Source: Chiloscyllium plagiosum
Taxonomy: Eukaryota
DNA length: 55,061 nt
Direction: 5' to 3'
Assembly: GCF_004010195.1 (NCBI RefSeq)
Contig: NC_057719.1
Span: 41,752,249-41,807,309, forward strand
The first letter of the stretch is position 1. The number at the start of each line of letters is the position of its first letter. Both the position numbers and the translations under genes were made by a program. The notes below the pieces were generated by a model. The model had not been told where the DNA came from. It searched no databases and was given only the letters and a program-made list of their open reading frames with translations. Positions 37,171-49,968 of this stretch are shown here, piece by piece.

Positions 37171-39383
37171 CAAGCATATTATCATCCATCTGTATTCAGC
37201 AATCCTGAATTTATCACTACTGATGTAAATCATGGTCACAATCCATTGAATAAAAACAATTCGAGCAGGAAGAAATTCCAAAATATTTAGCCTCAACATC
37301 TTGTAATCTGGATCATTAACCAGAATTTCAATTCCAATTAATAGCAGAATTTTAGCATGATTCATCTAAGTCAGCCAGTTTAAAAAAGAGAATTTAAATT
37401 AAAGACAAAATACAAATCAAAATGCACAGCAAGATCTCAATCAAAATTGGATATTTTTCTTACCATTTGAAATTAGAGAAATGTTAAAGTTTTTAGTAAA
37501 TTCCTGCTAGTAATAAAAATACTTCATTGTAACCACTCTTGTAACACTAATCAAATTCACAGTAATGAGTATTTTTTGGTGTTTTAGTTGATGACTTAAG
37601 ATGATTGTTTGTTTGTGCTTCTGAAATGTCATTACTTATGATGGGAATCCCAGTTGTACTGATGCATATTACACATGCCATTTTAAAGTGTCTTCTTCTC
37701 AAAGTTACTTTCTAAAGTTTCAGGCATGAGCTATTTGTTGCTGATCATAGATCCTTTCTGAATCTCATGTTTCAAATGCTGCCTTCTTTCAGTATGAAGC
37801 TGTTGAGTGGCAAAAATAGATCTGAACTTTCTTCATCCTCCTTGTTAAATTACTTCTGTGCTATTGAGATGATGGAATTCTAACCTCTTGTTAGCAATAT
37901 GCATAGGGAGTAGTGACAATGAAATATTGTTTGTTTTAAGCAACAAACTAAAATGCTAATAGTGCATAGCATGCAATAAGAGCATTTCTGAAAGGAGTGG
38001 CTTGAATGGAAGCTCATTAGAATTATGTTTAAATATGAGGTAACCTTCCAGCATGTAATTTGAATAACTTTTAAAGAGATATAATATTCTGCTGACTATT
38101 GATTTTCATTTGGAATTCACTACTCCACAGGGGTATTTTCCTTCAAACTAATCTATTTTGTGCTCTCAGGGGTAACATTACTCTTTGTTTGTCATTTTAT
38201 TTCCTGGTTCTGCCTTTTGCTTTCTTTCTCTTTTAAAGGCCCTCTGGTGCTACCACTCCAGATGCGTGAATCTGTCTTTCTAGTGCCTGGTCAACACAAC
38301 ACCTTTCTGCAATTAATTTTTGTCTGTAACTGTGCTCATGGCTCTGCATATCATTTTAAAAAGCAACTTGGTTTTATTATGGAAGCCAGTCCAGATGGCC
38401 TTGAGCTAATATCCTAGCCATAATCTCACAGTGTCTGCACTAAATTCAATGTCATTATTCATGCAAAATAAACTGCTGAGCATAAAATTTATTTTATCTT
38501 GCTATGTGAAGCCTCCATACTTCTCCCATAAGTTGTATTAGCTGCTGTAATTTCCATAGTCTGAATCTTTTGCGAAATAAATTCTTCTATGCTTCCTGTT
38601 GGTTTATATTTGTGTACTAATACATTTTAAGCACAGAATCATTTTATGAGGTATTTTAATTTCCTTCTCAATGTTTTAAATGCTATAGTTAAACAATATT
38701 GTCAGAGTGAACGATTGACTCCTAAAAAAAAAGTTGCTGTCATTAGTTATTTGTAGAACACTTCTTGGACCTCAGTTAGTTTCTTGCTAGCAAAACCCTG
38801 ATGTAAGTTCTGCTAAAGTTCAGAAAAGAGTAGTAGATGGAATGTCTAAGGTAACCAGTTGATTCCCCTAAATATAATCTACTCAATAAGGTATGGGGTG
38901 AAAGATTTAACTACATTGTTATTTACAGGATGTTGCTACAAGTATGCAAATAAAGTTAAATTCTGTAGAGCTAAAGATATGTTTTAAGAATGTATGAAAT
39001 AGGTGTTGTATAATGGCATATATTCCAGAACAGACAGAGCTGTAATTTTAAGACAGTTACCTGATATCACAACATAAGACATTTTGGATTAAAAGTACCC
39101 ACCTCAGCTTCAATCAGCCTATCTGTGTAATGGAGTCTATGTAATCAATCAGTTAAGGTACAGTAAAATCAGAAAGCATAGAACCAGCGTATATGTTTAA
39201 GTCTATGATATTATAATTTTGTAAGTAGGTAATATTATAAATAAACTTCAAGATATCCAACTCAACAGAACTTGACCTTCTGTGGAATATGTTGCTTGGA
39301 TTAACATGAATAGGAGATTACCAACAACATTATAGTGGTAGTACTAAAAGTTACCTATAGAAAATGAATCTAGGGAACTAATA

Positions 39384-39452
39384 GGCGGGTCGGTGTGGAC
39401 TTGTTGGGCCGAAGGGCCTGTTTCCACACTGTAAGTAATCTAATCTAATCTA
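39384..39452 (+). mobile_element. 69-bp HE1/HER1 3' tail insertion
   Basis: Matches the HE1 3' end with (TAATC)n; flanked by a perfect 55-bp duplication. Confidence 0.9.
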
Positions 39453-40097
39453 ATTATAGTGGTAGTACTAAAAGTTACCTATAGAAAATGAATCTAGGGA
39501 ACTAATAATGGAGGATAAAGTGATGGAAGATGAATTGAAAACATATTTTGCATCAGGCTTCACTAAAGAGCAAACAATTCGCTCCTTAGAAATAGCTATG
39601 AATCAGGGATTGAAATGGAGGAAGGCACTGAAGAAAATTACAATTATCAAAGAAGTAATATTGCATAAATTATTGGAATTGTGAAATGACACATCCTCAG
39701 GTCCTGTTAAATTTTATCCTAGGGTCTTAAAAGAAGTTGTCAGTGAAATAGCTAATGCATTAGTTCTTATTTTCTAAAACCTATTAGATTTGAGGATGCT
39801 TACTTTGGATTGGAAAATAGCCAATATAACTCCTCCATTCAAAAAGGAAGAAGGCAGGAATCAGGAAACTCCAGGCCCATTAGCTTAACATTGGTCATAG
39901 GGAGAATGTTTGAAGCTATTATTAAAGACGGTATTGGAGGGCACTTGGATAACCATAAAGTAATCAGGCAGAGCCAACATTGTTTTATCCAAGGGAAATC
40001 ATATTGAACTAATTTATTAGCTTTCTTTGAAGAAGTAACTTGTGCTGTAGATCAAAGGGAACCGGTGGATGTATTGCACTTAGATTCCCAGAAGGTA

Positions 40098-40429
40098 GCG
40101 AGATTTGAGAAGGTTTGTAGCTCAGGTTGTGGTTCTGGATGTAGATTTGCTCACTGAGCTGGAAGGTTCATTTCCAGATGTTTCGTCACCCTGCTAGGTA
40201 ACATCTTCAGTGGGCCTCCAAGCAAAACACTGTTGATAATTCCTGCTTTCTATTTATATGTTTGGGTTTCTTTGGGTTGCTGATGTCATTTCCTGCAGTG
40301 ACAACATTTCCTGTGATTATGTCATTTTCTGTTCTTCTTCTCAGGGGGTGGTAGATGGGGTCTAACTTGATGTGTTTGTTGATAGAGTTCTTGTTGAAAT
40401 GCCATGTTTCCAGGAATTCTTCTGCATTT
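40098..40429 (-). mobile_element. Penelope 3' fragment inserted in CR1, 14-bp TSD
   Basis: TSD attcccagaaggta at 40084-40097 and 40430-40443; hammerhead core on the minus strand at 40180-40210. Confidence 0.88.
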
Positions 40430-41584
40430 ATTCCCAGAAGGTATTTGATAAAATATCACATCAAAGGTTATTGCAAAAAATAAAAGCTCATGGTGTGGGG
40501 ATTAACATATTGGCTGGCACAGAATATTGGCTAGCTAACAGGAAGCAGAGAGTTGGAATAAATGGGTCTTTTTCAGGCTGGCAGGATGTCATGAGTGTCA
40601 ACCGCACGGGAGTTGGTGCTGGGGTCTCAACTCTTTATAATTAATATAACTGATTTGTATGAAAAGATTGAAGGATAGTAGCTAAATTTTGGAATGACAC
40701 AAAGATAGGCTGGAAAGTGAGTTGTGAAGAGGACATTAAGGACCCAGGAAGGAATATGGATAAATCATATGAGTGAGCAAAGACATGGCAAATGAAGGAC
40801 AATGTGGAAAAATATGAATTGACCATTTTGGCGGAAAGAATAAAAAGGAAGCATATGATCTAAATGGTGAGAGGATTCAGAGAGATCTGGATGTCTTAGT
40901 GCATGAATCAAAGGTCAGTATGTAGGTATGGCAAGAAATCAGGAAAGCTAATGCTATAATAGGAATTGAATGCAAAAGTAAGGAAGTCATGCTTCAGTTA
41001 TACAGGTGAGATTCATCTGGAGTATTGTGTGTAATACTAGTCACAGTACTCATAGAAGGATGTTACTGCATTGGAAACAGCTCAGAGAAGGTTTATTAGA
41101 CCAATATCTGGAATGAGTTTATTGTCTTTTGAGGAAAGGCAAGAGAGGCTAAATCTGTATCCTCTGGAGTTTTAAAAGAGTCAGGGGTGACTTAATTGAA
41201 ACATATCGGATCCTAAAGGGACTTGACTGAGTGGATGTTGAAAGCATATTTCTCCTTGTGGGAGAATCTAGAATTAGAGGTCACAGTATAAAAATAAGAG
41301 GTCATCCATTTAAAACTGATGAGGAACTCTCTGTCAGAGAGTTTTGAGCCTTTGAAATTCCCTTCCTCAAAATGTAGTGGTTGCAAAATCTTTAAATATT
41401 TTTAAGGCACTGGTGGATAGATTCTTCATTACCAAGGAGTTGAAAGATTACCGGGGGTATGCAGGAATGTTAACTTGAGGTTAAAATCAGATCAGTCATG
41501 ATCTTACTGAATGGCAGACCAGACTCAAAGGTCCAAGAGGTCTACTCTTGTTCCATGTTCATATATCAACCATTGCTTTTATTA

Positions 41585-41685
41585 AATTACAACAGTGGCT
41601 ACAAGTTTAAAATAGTTCATTGGCTGCAAAGTGCATGAAAACCCTGAGACTGTGAAAGGTGCTATATAAATAAAAGCCACTTCTA
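41585..41685 (+). mobile_element. DeuSINE/L2-type 3' tail remnant (related reverse copies near 50285 and 52555)
   Basis: ttacaacagtggctac...cattggctgcaaag...tgtgaaaggtgctatataaat; family name from memory. Confidence 0.5.
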
Positions 41686-42194
41686 TTATCCACAAAGAGT
41701 AGCAAAGCTTCTCAATTCTCCTGGACAGCATCACCTAAAGCACATTTAAAACTGATAGGAATAACCAATGAGTAAATAAGTTGGTGATGATTTGTCTACT
41801 TAGAACATAACTGACACCGAATAAACTGATTAAACATTAAGTAAAAGGATTGCAATGCATTGGAAAGAAGATACAAATTAATTTATTTTGCATTTTGTTG
41901 CATTACAAAGATGTTATGAAGGAATTCCATTCCTCAGAGCTGATACAATTTTTAATTCCACGTGTATGTGTACAATTCATTGTGCTGCTGTATTATTCTT
42001 CATGGCTCAGCATTGGTGTTACTTTTAATGGAAATGTGTGAAACATATTAAATAACTACATTGAAATTGTGTGCAATTGACCAATGTTATCAATGCAGCT
42101 TTCTACAGCAGCAATAATTTTGCCACGACACAGTTATAAGAGAGAGAGGAAAGCACCTGAGGTGAAGTCAGACTGCCTGTCAGGTTTCCACTTA

Positions 42195-42500
42195 AGATTA
42201 GATTCCTACAGTGTGGAAACAGGCCCTTTGCCCAACAAGTCCTCACCAATCCTCCGAAGAGTAACCCACCCAGACCCATTTCCCTTTGACTAATGAACCT
42301 AACACTATGGACAAATTAGGAAGGCCAATTCACCTGATCTGCACATCTTTGGATTGTGAGAGGAAACCCACGCAGACATTGGTAGAATGTGCAAACTCCA
42401 CACAGACAGTCATCCGAGGTTGGACTCAAACCCGGGTCCCTGATGCTGTGAGACAGCAGTGCTAACTACTGAGCCACTGTACCACCCCACGAGCCACCAT
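42195..42500 (-). mobile_element. HE1 V-SINE
   Basis: Reverse HE1 pattern from agattagattcctacagtgtgg to ctactgagccactg. Confidence 0.9.
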
Positions 42501-42764
42501 GCAGCCCCACGAGGCATTGTGCCACACCCCCTAACTTTAAAACCAGAAGAGAAAAATAGAATTAATACTATTAAGTTGAATATTCTGAACTCATAAGCCT
42601 GGTTAGAAATCAATGGTTGAATTCAGTCAGTCTCCAGTTCTCCATCACCTGCTAGCAAAGTGTTGGCTTAGTCATATGTAAACTGACATGATAATGCATA
42701 TTCTAATCATGAATACCTTTGTCAAGATGCTTATTTTTCTGACATTTGAAGATTACTGTAATTT

Positions 42765-43725
42765 TTATCATTTGTATAAATGATTTGGATGCGAGCATAA
42801 GAGGTACAGTTAGTAAGTTTGCAGATGACACCAAAATTGGAGATGTAGTGGACAGTGAAGAAGGTTGCCTCAGATTACAACAGGATCTGGACCAGATGGG
42901 CCAATGGGCTGAGAAGTGTCAGATGGAGTTTAATTCGGATAAATGCGAGGTGCTGCATTTTGGGAAAGCAAATCTTAACAGGACTTATACACTTAATGAT
43001 AAGCTCCTAGGGAGTGGTGCTGAACAAAGAGACCTTGGAGTGCAGGTTCATAGCTCCTTGAAAGTGAAGTCGCAGGTAGATAGGTTAGTGAAGAAGGCAT
43101 TTGGTATGCTTTCCTTTATTGGTCAGAGTATTGAGTACAGGAGTTGGCAGGTCATGTTGCAATTGTACAGGACATTGGTTAGGCCACTGTTGGGATATTA
43201 TGTGCAATTCTGCCCTCCTTCTTATCGGAAAGAAGTTGTAAAACTTGTAAGGATTCAGTAAAGATTTACAAGGATGTTGCCAGGGTTGGAGGATTTGAGC
43301 TATAGAGAGACGCTGAATAGGCTGGGGCTGTTTTCCCTGGAGTTTCGGAGGCTGAGGGGTTAACTTATAGAGATTTACAAAATTATGAGGGGCATGGATA
43401 GGATAAATAGACAAAGTCTTTTCCCTGGAATGGGGGAGTCCAGAACTAGAGGGCGTTGGTTTAGTGTGAGAGGGGAAAGATATAAAAGAAACCTAAGGGG
43501 CAACTTTTTCACGCAGAGGATGGTACGTGTATGGAATGAGCTGCCAGAGGAAGTGGTGGAGGCTGGTACAATTGCAACATTTAAAAACCATTTGGATGGG
43601 TATATGAATAGGAAGAGTTTGGAGGGATATGGGCTGGGTGCTGGCGGGTGGGACCAGATTGGGTTGGGATGGATCGGTTGGACTGACGGGTCTGTTTCCA
43701 TGCTGTACATCTCTATGACTCTATA
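42765..43725 (+). mobile_element. CR1 (HER1-like) LINE 3' ~1 kb
   Basis: ORFs 42746-43261 (KFADDTKIG, QMEFNSDKCEVLHFG) and 43385-43738 (FFTQRMVRVWNELP); ctctatgactctat tail. Confidence 0.93.
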
Positions 43726-43774
43726 TGAAATGATGTAACATTAAATTTTTGTGTTCTATTTGTATTTTTGCCAG

Positions 43775-43977
43775 CTAACAGCTGTAATTCCCATTTGCCG
43801 GCATTGCTTCGTAAATTATTGATCGTCATTTTGCTGAGTCTGATGATGATCATGTTGCTGTATTGTAGCGAGACTGCAACAGTCATCTACGAACAACTTC
43901 AGTCAAAACTCAACAGCGTTTTCCTGGAAATGAAGAATCTAACTTTCAGTTGGTTGACTTGGAGTAGGAAAAATTAA
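43775..43977 (+). CDS. NRAC: NRAC-like gene, terminal coding exon with transmembrane helix (phase 1 to stop)
   Basis: Acceptor tttgtatttttgccag. NSCNSHLPALLRKLLIVILLSLMMIMLLYCSETATVIYEQLQSKLNSVFLEMKNLTFSWLTWSRKN* aligns with recalled human NRAC [20 protein letters not shown]...[23 protein letters not shown]. Confidence 0.8.
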
Positions 43978-44619
43978 GACATTCATAAATGGCATTCGCA
44001 ACAGAGAAACATTGTTTGAAAGGATTCTTAATAATCTTTAAGAGCAAGGACAACAATGTCTACTGTAGGCAGTCTTAGCAAAAATAATGAACTTCAAAGG
44101 TGCTGCTTTAAATTGCTTTTGATATCAAAATTTTGTAATTCACTTGAATGTCAATCCAGTAGCTATATTCAGCATTATAAATTGAGTTACCTACAGTGGA
44201 AAGCAATAACTTCACTAAAAGCAGTGACTTGAAGCAAAGACCTTTCCTTACAAAATGCAGAGAGGTGGAAGGTCCCTACCTGCCTGCCTACCATACAATC
44301 AGCAGTAAGTTATTACCTCATGCACTTTATTGCAACCATTTGGCACAAAATAGTTTCCTTATAATCGGTTCTTTTCAATGTTAGTTTTAAATTTCCATCA
44401 AAATCGAAGTTATTCTTCCCACTCCAACCAATTTGTACTCCTGCTGCAAATCCAAAGCTTGTTTGTTTTGTCTTTTATGAAATGTTCTAACTCGCATTGA
44501 CCATCATACCAGCTTTGTGCCCTAAGTGGTCAGATTTCTTAACATTCAAAATATAAATTACTCTTGAATGTCGAGCAACCTCAATGGTGAGAGTTACAGA
44601 AAGCAACACAAGGCACAAT

Positions 44620-45405
44620 GTAAAAAACAAACAAATATTGCAGGAGCTGAAAATCAGAAATAAAAACAGAAAATGCTGGAAATGTTTTATGCATTTGGCA
44701 GCTTCTGTGGAAAGAAAATGGATGAGATCTTTAATTGGTCAAACTGACCCACTTTCACCATTCAAATATTGCTCAACGCTTCAAGATAACGATCTTTGGT
44801 CAAGACTAGAAACTCTAATGAATAATATTTTTTTCAGTTTGTACAAAGCCAAGGAAGGTGGTGGTGGGAATTTAGGAAGAGTGTTGGGGTTGTGAGAAGG
44901 CTGGGGGTGGGAGGGTGGGGGTGTTACGGGGAGGAAGGAAACAAAAAAGAAGGTGGAAGTTATTGGAGATTAATATTAGAGCAAAATATTTTTGTCAGTC
45001 TGACAGAAAAAGGTAGAAAATGCTGGAAAACCCAACAGGGCTGACAGTATCTAGAAAGCAAGTTAATGTTTTAGATCAATATTTGTCAGATTTTCAACAT
45101 TTTCTATTTTTATTAATGATTAATTGACAACAGAGTGATTGTGCAAGGTAAAAGTGTGTGGTGGTGCACGATCAGACAAATAAAGAAACTAAAACAGAAA
45201 TTTCTGGAAACACTTTTGCAGATCTGGCAGCATCTATGGAGAGAAAGCAGAGTTAATGTTTCAGGTCCGGTGATCCTTCTTCAGGTTCTGAACCCAAAAC
45301 ATCAACACTGTTTTCTCTATACAGATGCTACCATACCTGCTGAGTTTCTCCAGCAATTTTTGTTTTTGTTGCAGATTAACAGCATCCATAATTCTTTATT
45401 TTATT
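44620..45405. repeat. Cluster of Penelope-terminus-derived palindromic remnants
   Basis: Repeated aaaacagaaaatgctggaaa...gcatct motifs; 45190-45400 forms an imperfect hairpin. Confidence 0.6.
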
Positions 45406-45407
45406 AA

Positions 45408-45732
45408 GGTAGCACAGTAGTTAGCACGGTTGCCTCAAAGTGCCAGGGACCTGGGTTCAACTCCAGACACAGGTTGCTGTCAGTGTGGAGTTTGCGCATT
45501 CGTCCCATATCTGCATGGGTTTCCTCTGGAGGCTCCAGTTTCCTCCCACAGTCCAAACATGTGCAGGTTAGGTGGATTGGCCATGCTAAATTACCCCTAG
45601 TGTCCGGGGATGTGTAGGTTAGGTGGATTAGCCATGGAAAATGCAGGGTTATAGCATGGGTGAGTCTGGTTGGGTTGCCCTTCAGAGAGCTGCTGTGGAC
45701 TTGTTGGCCTGTTTCCACACTGTAAGTATTCT
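45408..45732 (+). mobile_element. HE1 V-SINE
   Basis: ggtagcacagtagttagcac...gtgtggagtttgcg...gtttccacactgtaag. Confidence 0.9.
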
Positions 45733-48700
45733 ATAAATAAAGAAACTAGATCAAGAGCAGTTGTAAATGACAATAACAAATCTACTACATCTTCTCTTTC
45801 CAGAAAGAGAATCTGGGAGCAGTAATTATCAATGTAAATACTGATACTTATTAAAAGAACATCCCAAGCTATTTCTATCAGGTTGACAGCAATTGCAAAA
45901 CTTCCCGGCAATGTGTACATAAGAACAGCAAATCTGTCTTCAGTGCGATTTTAGCACGTGCCTTTATTTGGGCAGAAATCTAATATGAGCCACAAGGGAT
46001 TGAGTTCTTTAATTTTGCCTTTGTTTCTTCCTGCAATCCTTTTTTAAATAGATGCCTACTGAAATAGGATTTGTCTTGCTGCGATTCATGTCTTCGGGAT
46101 AAACAATTACAGCAGTAGCTAATTATCAGATAATAGATTGAATGGGGAAAGGACCAAAACCATTATTAATTCTAGAAAACTACGGTCTGCTATAATAATT
46201 GAGCTTTAAAAAGCATTTAATCTAACAGTAAATGGGAAACTTACGAATTTCTACTGGATTTTTAAGGAATAAATGTGATGTTCTGCAATTGCAATTCTCT
46301 GAATTTTAAGTCATTGCCTCATTTATGGATTCAAATATTTGGTGGAAAGTTTACTGTATTGCATATTCTAAGCATCTTCTAGACTTTGCAAATCTACATC
46401 TAGCTATTAAAAGGCAGAATGCGTGTGATCCTCATCCCATAAAACTAAGAGCTTAGAAATAACTTTATTTTATCATGCAGAACCCATTGTAAATTGCCTT
46501 TCAGTAAGCATTAAGGCCCTTTAAAAATGCATAACATTTTGAATGTAATATAAATACAAGAGGAAATTGTGGTTTAAAATTCATGTTAATATAGTCAATT
46601 TATGAAAATTGAGATATAATGTTGAATTTAGAGCATACATTTTTCAAAAATTTGCATTTCTAAATTCTACTTCTTTTAACTTGGTTCTATTTGAAATCTG
46701 CAAAAACATTTAATTGCCTCCATTGGATTTTTATGGTTTTCTCCTGACCATTTTTCATTTAAAAGTTATCATATATTATAGTTATCATTGTTATCTGGTT
46801 GTTCACAGTCTCTATAAGGAACCTTCTACAAATTGTATCTGTGGTTCATATTAGAATCAGTATTAAAGTTGTGAAGCTGTCTAACTGTATGTAACATCTT
46901 TTATTTCCAGTCGCCTAGATACATGTCGTTAGAGTTAAAGGTGAGAACTTGAAACTCTTAACATATTTTCAGCTACCTTTAACTTCACTATTTGGAAACT
47001 ACCCTTTAATTTGACAGAGTTTATATGCAAATTTGAAGTTAGAATAAATTTATTTTTGTAAATTCTTGTGAAGTTGTGTTGAAATAGGCCCAAACGTGAG
47101 CTGTGAACCATTGTGGAGAGGAAGAGATTGAGATAGACAAGTTTACAGCTGGTTAACAGATAGCTATTCAGGAAAAGAATGGCATTGGACTTAAAGGACC
47201 TTGACTGGACTAACAAGAGCTAAAAACAATTGCTGTTTTTTTAAAATTACTCTTAAAAGTAATGAACCAACTATAACAGAGATTACATTGCTTCCTATTT
47301 TCATTTTATCCTGTTTGTAAAGTCTTTTTTTTCATTCATCTTTCCTTGTTTTAATGTTTGGCACTACTCCCAGATTGAGGGTGAAAATAAATAACCTCCT
47401 ATGTCTCTAGTAATGTAATTCTTCAGTTTGCATCAAGGTAAAGGGTTTTGAATGACTGTCCTTTTAATGTTGTCTCCTTTAAGAGGGCAGCAGCTGCTTC
47501 TCAGTCAGTATCTCTCCCTGTCAGCACAGTCTAGAGAAATGAAAACTCATCATATGGTGAGTTGTGGGCACTGACCCATGTCATAATATTTAATTTCACT
47601 CAGTGGAACTGAAGTCACATTAGCATTCTTTTAATTCAGAGGTGGGAAAGTGTTAGATAATTAATTGAAAAGCATCAATGAAAGCCAATTTCTCCTTCTT
47701 GCTTGGAAGGCTGGGAGTTCAACTAAATGTATACATTTGAAATAAGGAGAAAGGTGTAAATTTGATCTGGTTTGTTCGGCATAATTATTGCATACTTCAC
47801 CTTGAATTTTATATATGTCCATTGTTGCTAGCATTAACTTTAAAACAATGTGTCCATCACAGAGAAAAAAATTGTGACAGTTTTAAAATATTACTAAAAA
47901 ACAAGCATATTACTTGACTTACAAAATATATGCATAACATTTTTCTGTATCTTTGATTATATATGCATTGATTATAGTGACTATAATGAGATCTGCACAT
48001 TTCAGCAAGAAGAAAGACTTGATTTTATCTTGGGCATCCACAAAGTCAGGATAAAAATTACAGACTTTAATTCTGTACACTGAATTTAATGCAGTTCCAG
48101 CCTATTAAGAATAATGCTTGATATGATGCACCTGATCTTTAAAGCCCACAGATAGTAGATCTGAAAAGTGGTGTCATCACTCCTGCAAATGGTGTTTATA
48201 TTTAAAAAGAATTGTTACTTGATTAGTCGAGTTGGACTCCATATTACATTTTATAATCCCTTGTATTAATCCAATTTGTATTATTTATATTTGGCCATTC
48301 TGTAAAGATACATTAGACATTTGGAAAATACAATAGCTATTTCCTGTCAACTTTTACTTTGAAGACTTTGTTGAAAGAAATATTAGTCCAATAATACAAT
48401 ATTCTTTAGGACCTCATGCTAATCCTGAGTTCAACTTCAGATGGTAGCAATTTATGGAAAACTGGGATTGGTTGCCTGAAAGCAATTACATTTTCAAAAG
48501 CCCAAAATACTCCAGATTGGTGTGTTAGCGTGACAGATACTTGACAAACTTGGTTTTCAACTTAAGGGCTGCTGATAAATGAAAACTTGACAGTCCATTA
48601 ATGTACACAGCCAATGAAGATCAGGTAGCAATACCCTAATCACTTCATGTCTTTTATAACAGAAAGTCTCTCCACAAATGAAGCAAGCTCAGAGGAAACA

Positions 48701-49659
48701 GGGTTTTGAAAATGTAGTTTTATGAATGTACAAGTTGTAATGTTAGACTTTGCTGTAAAATCAATTTACAATCTGATGGGTTTTAACTGAAGTATCAGAT
48801 ATCCTGTTTGCTTTCAGCGAATCAATAAAAGGAGTATTTAGAACCTGAAATTTGAGTAATGCCTCTGGTTTCTCTCCATAAATAGGTGTCACAGCACAAT
48901 ACAACAGGCATTTAATCACAAAAACCAAACAAATATCTCCATTTGGAACTACTGCCAGTTTAATCCATGTTGATAAAAGGAAAGAAAGCAGCTGTTGAGG
49001 TAGCCATCATTTAATTTATTTCTTTGAGTGGGAAACTCCCAGTATTGTAAATATTTTGTCCCAATGTTGAATTGATGGAGTGTATCTTGTTGAGGGATTG
49101 GGACTCTTGCTTGTTGGCTGGCACAATGTACTGTGTTTTTTTGGAATACCCACCAAGCAACTTGCCAGTTATGAGGCTACTGGTTCACAGATATTGAGGG
49201 AGGGAAATCCCAAATAGTGAATGCTCCGGGCCAGTCAGAGGTTGGAAGCTCTTACGCTCAGCAATGCCACCAGACTTCCAGGATTAATGAGAGTAATGGC
49301 ACAGATAAGCAATGCAAGGTGTTGGAGGGCATGGGGAGAGGAGCAGGGGTAGCTCTCAACACAGACATCCTTCCTGATATCCTGTTCCTAAATCAGACAT
49401 TACCTGCCCTTACCAAGGACATCACCCCTCCTCCTCTAGTGATGACAAGCTGCCTACACAATTTCTACCTGTCCTGTACTCCACATGGCAACAGCCTGCC
49501 ACTATGCCAAATATTTTCTGATCAAGCTGTTCAAATATATTACAACATCCCTCTCGAGTAGGTGGGACATAAAAGCAGGTCTCCTGGCTCAGAGGTAGGG
49601 ACAATACAATTGCAGCTGGGTTAATCCCAACAGCCCTTTTTCAGGGAGAGCAGGTGAAA

Positions 49660-49968
49660 ATGGCTGGCCAGGTAGAACAGAAAACGGAAAGGACTTTCAG
49701 GAGATTTACCTGCAGAGGTGTTGACCTGGATCAGTTCCTTGCTATGTCCCATGAGCAGCTGATGCAGTTGCATTGTGCCTGTCAGTGGAGGCTTGTAAAC
49801 AGAGGCCTACAATGAAAGCAACAGTCCGTTCTGAATAGGCTGCACAAAGCCAAACAGGAAGCTCCACCAATGGACATACCACAGGTTGTCAGGACTCACC
49901 TTTGGGATATGGTTAATCTCTCAGAGATGGTAACTGTGTACAATGGCAAAACCTTCAAGCAACTTGAA
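49660..49968 (+). pseudogene. RPS15: Processed pseudogene of 40S ribosomal protein S15 (uS19), 3'-truncated
   Basis: Intronless [105 protein letters not shown] at 49813-49815 and a 4-codon deletion relative to recalled RPS15. Confidence 0.93.

Larger units (their letters stand above)
39330..41570 (+). mobile_element. CR1 LINE ORF2 plus 3' UTR, degraded, with two nested insertions
   Basis: GNSRPISLT, QSQHCFIQGKS and FDKISHQRLLQKIKAHGVG motifs; insertions at 39384-39452 and 40098-40429. Confidence 0.88.

Noticed and set aside
38160..38417. ORF with a polypyrimidine acceptor near 38238
   Set aside because: Weak donor and no recognisable homology.
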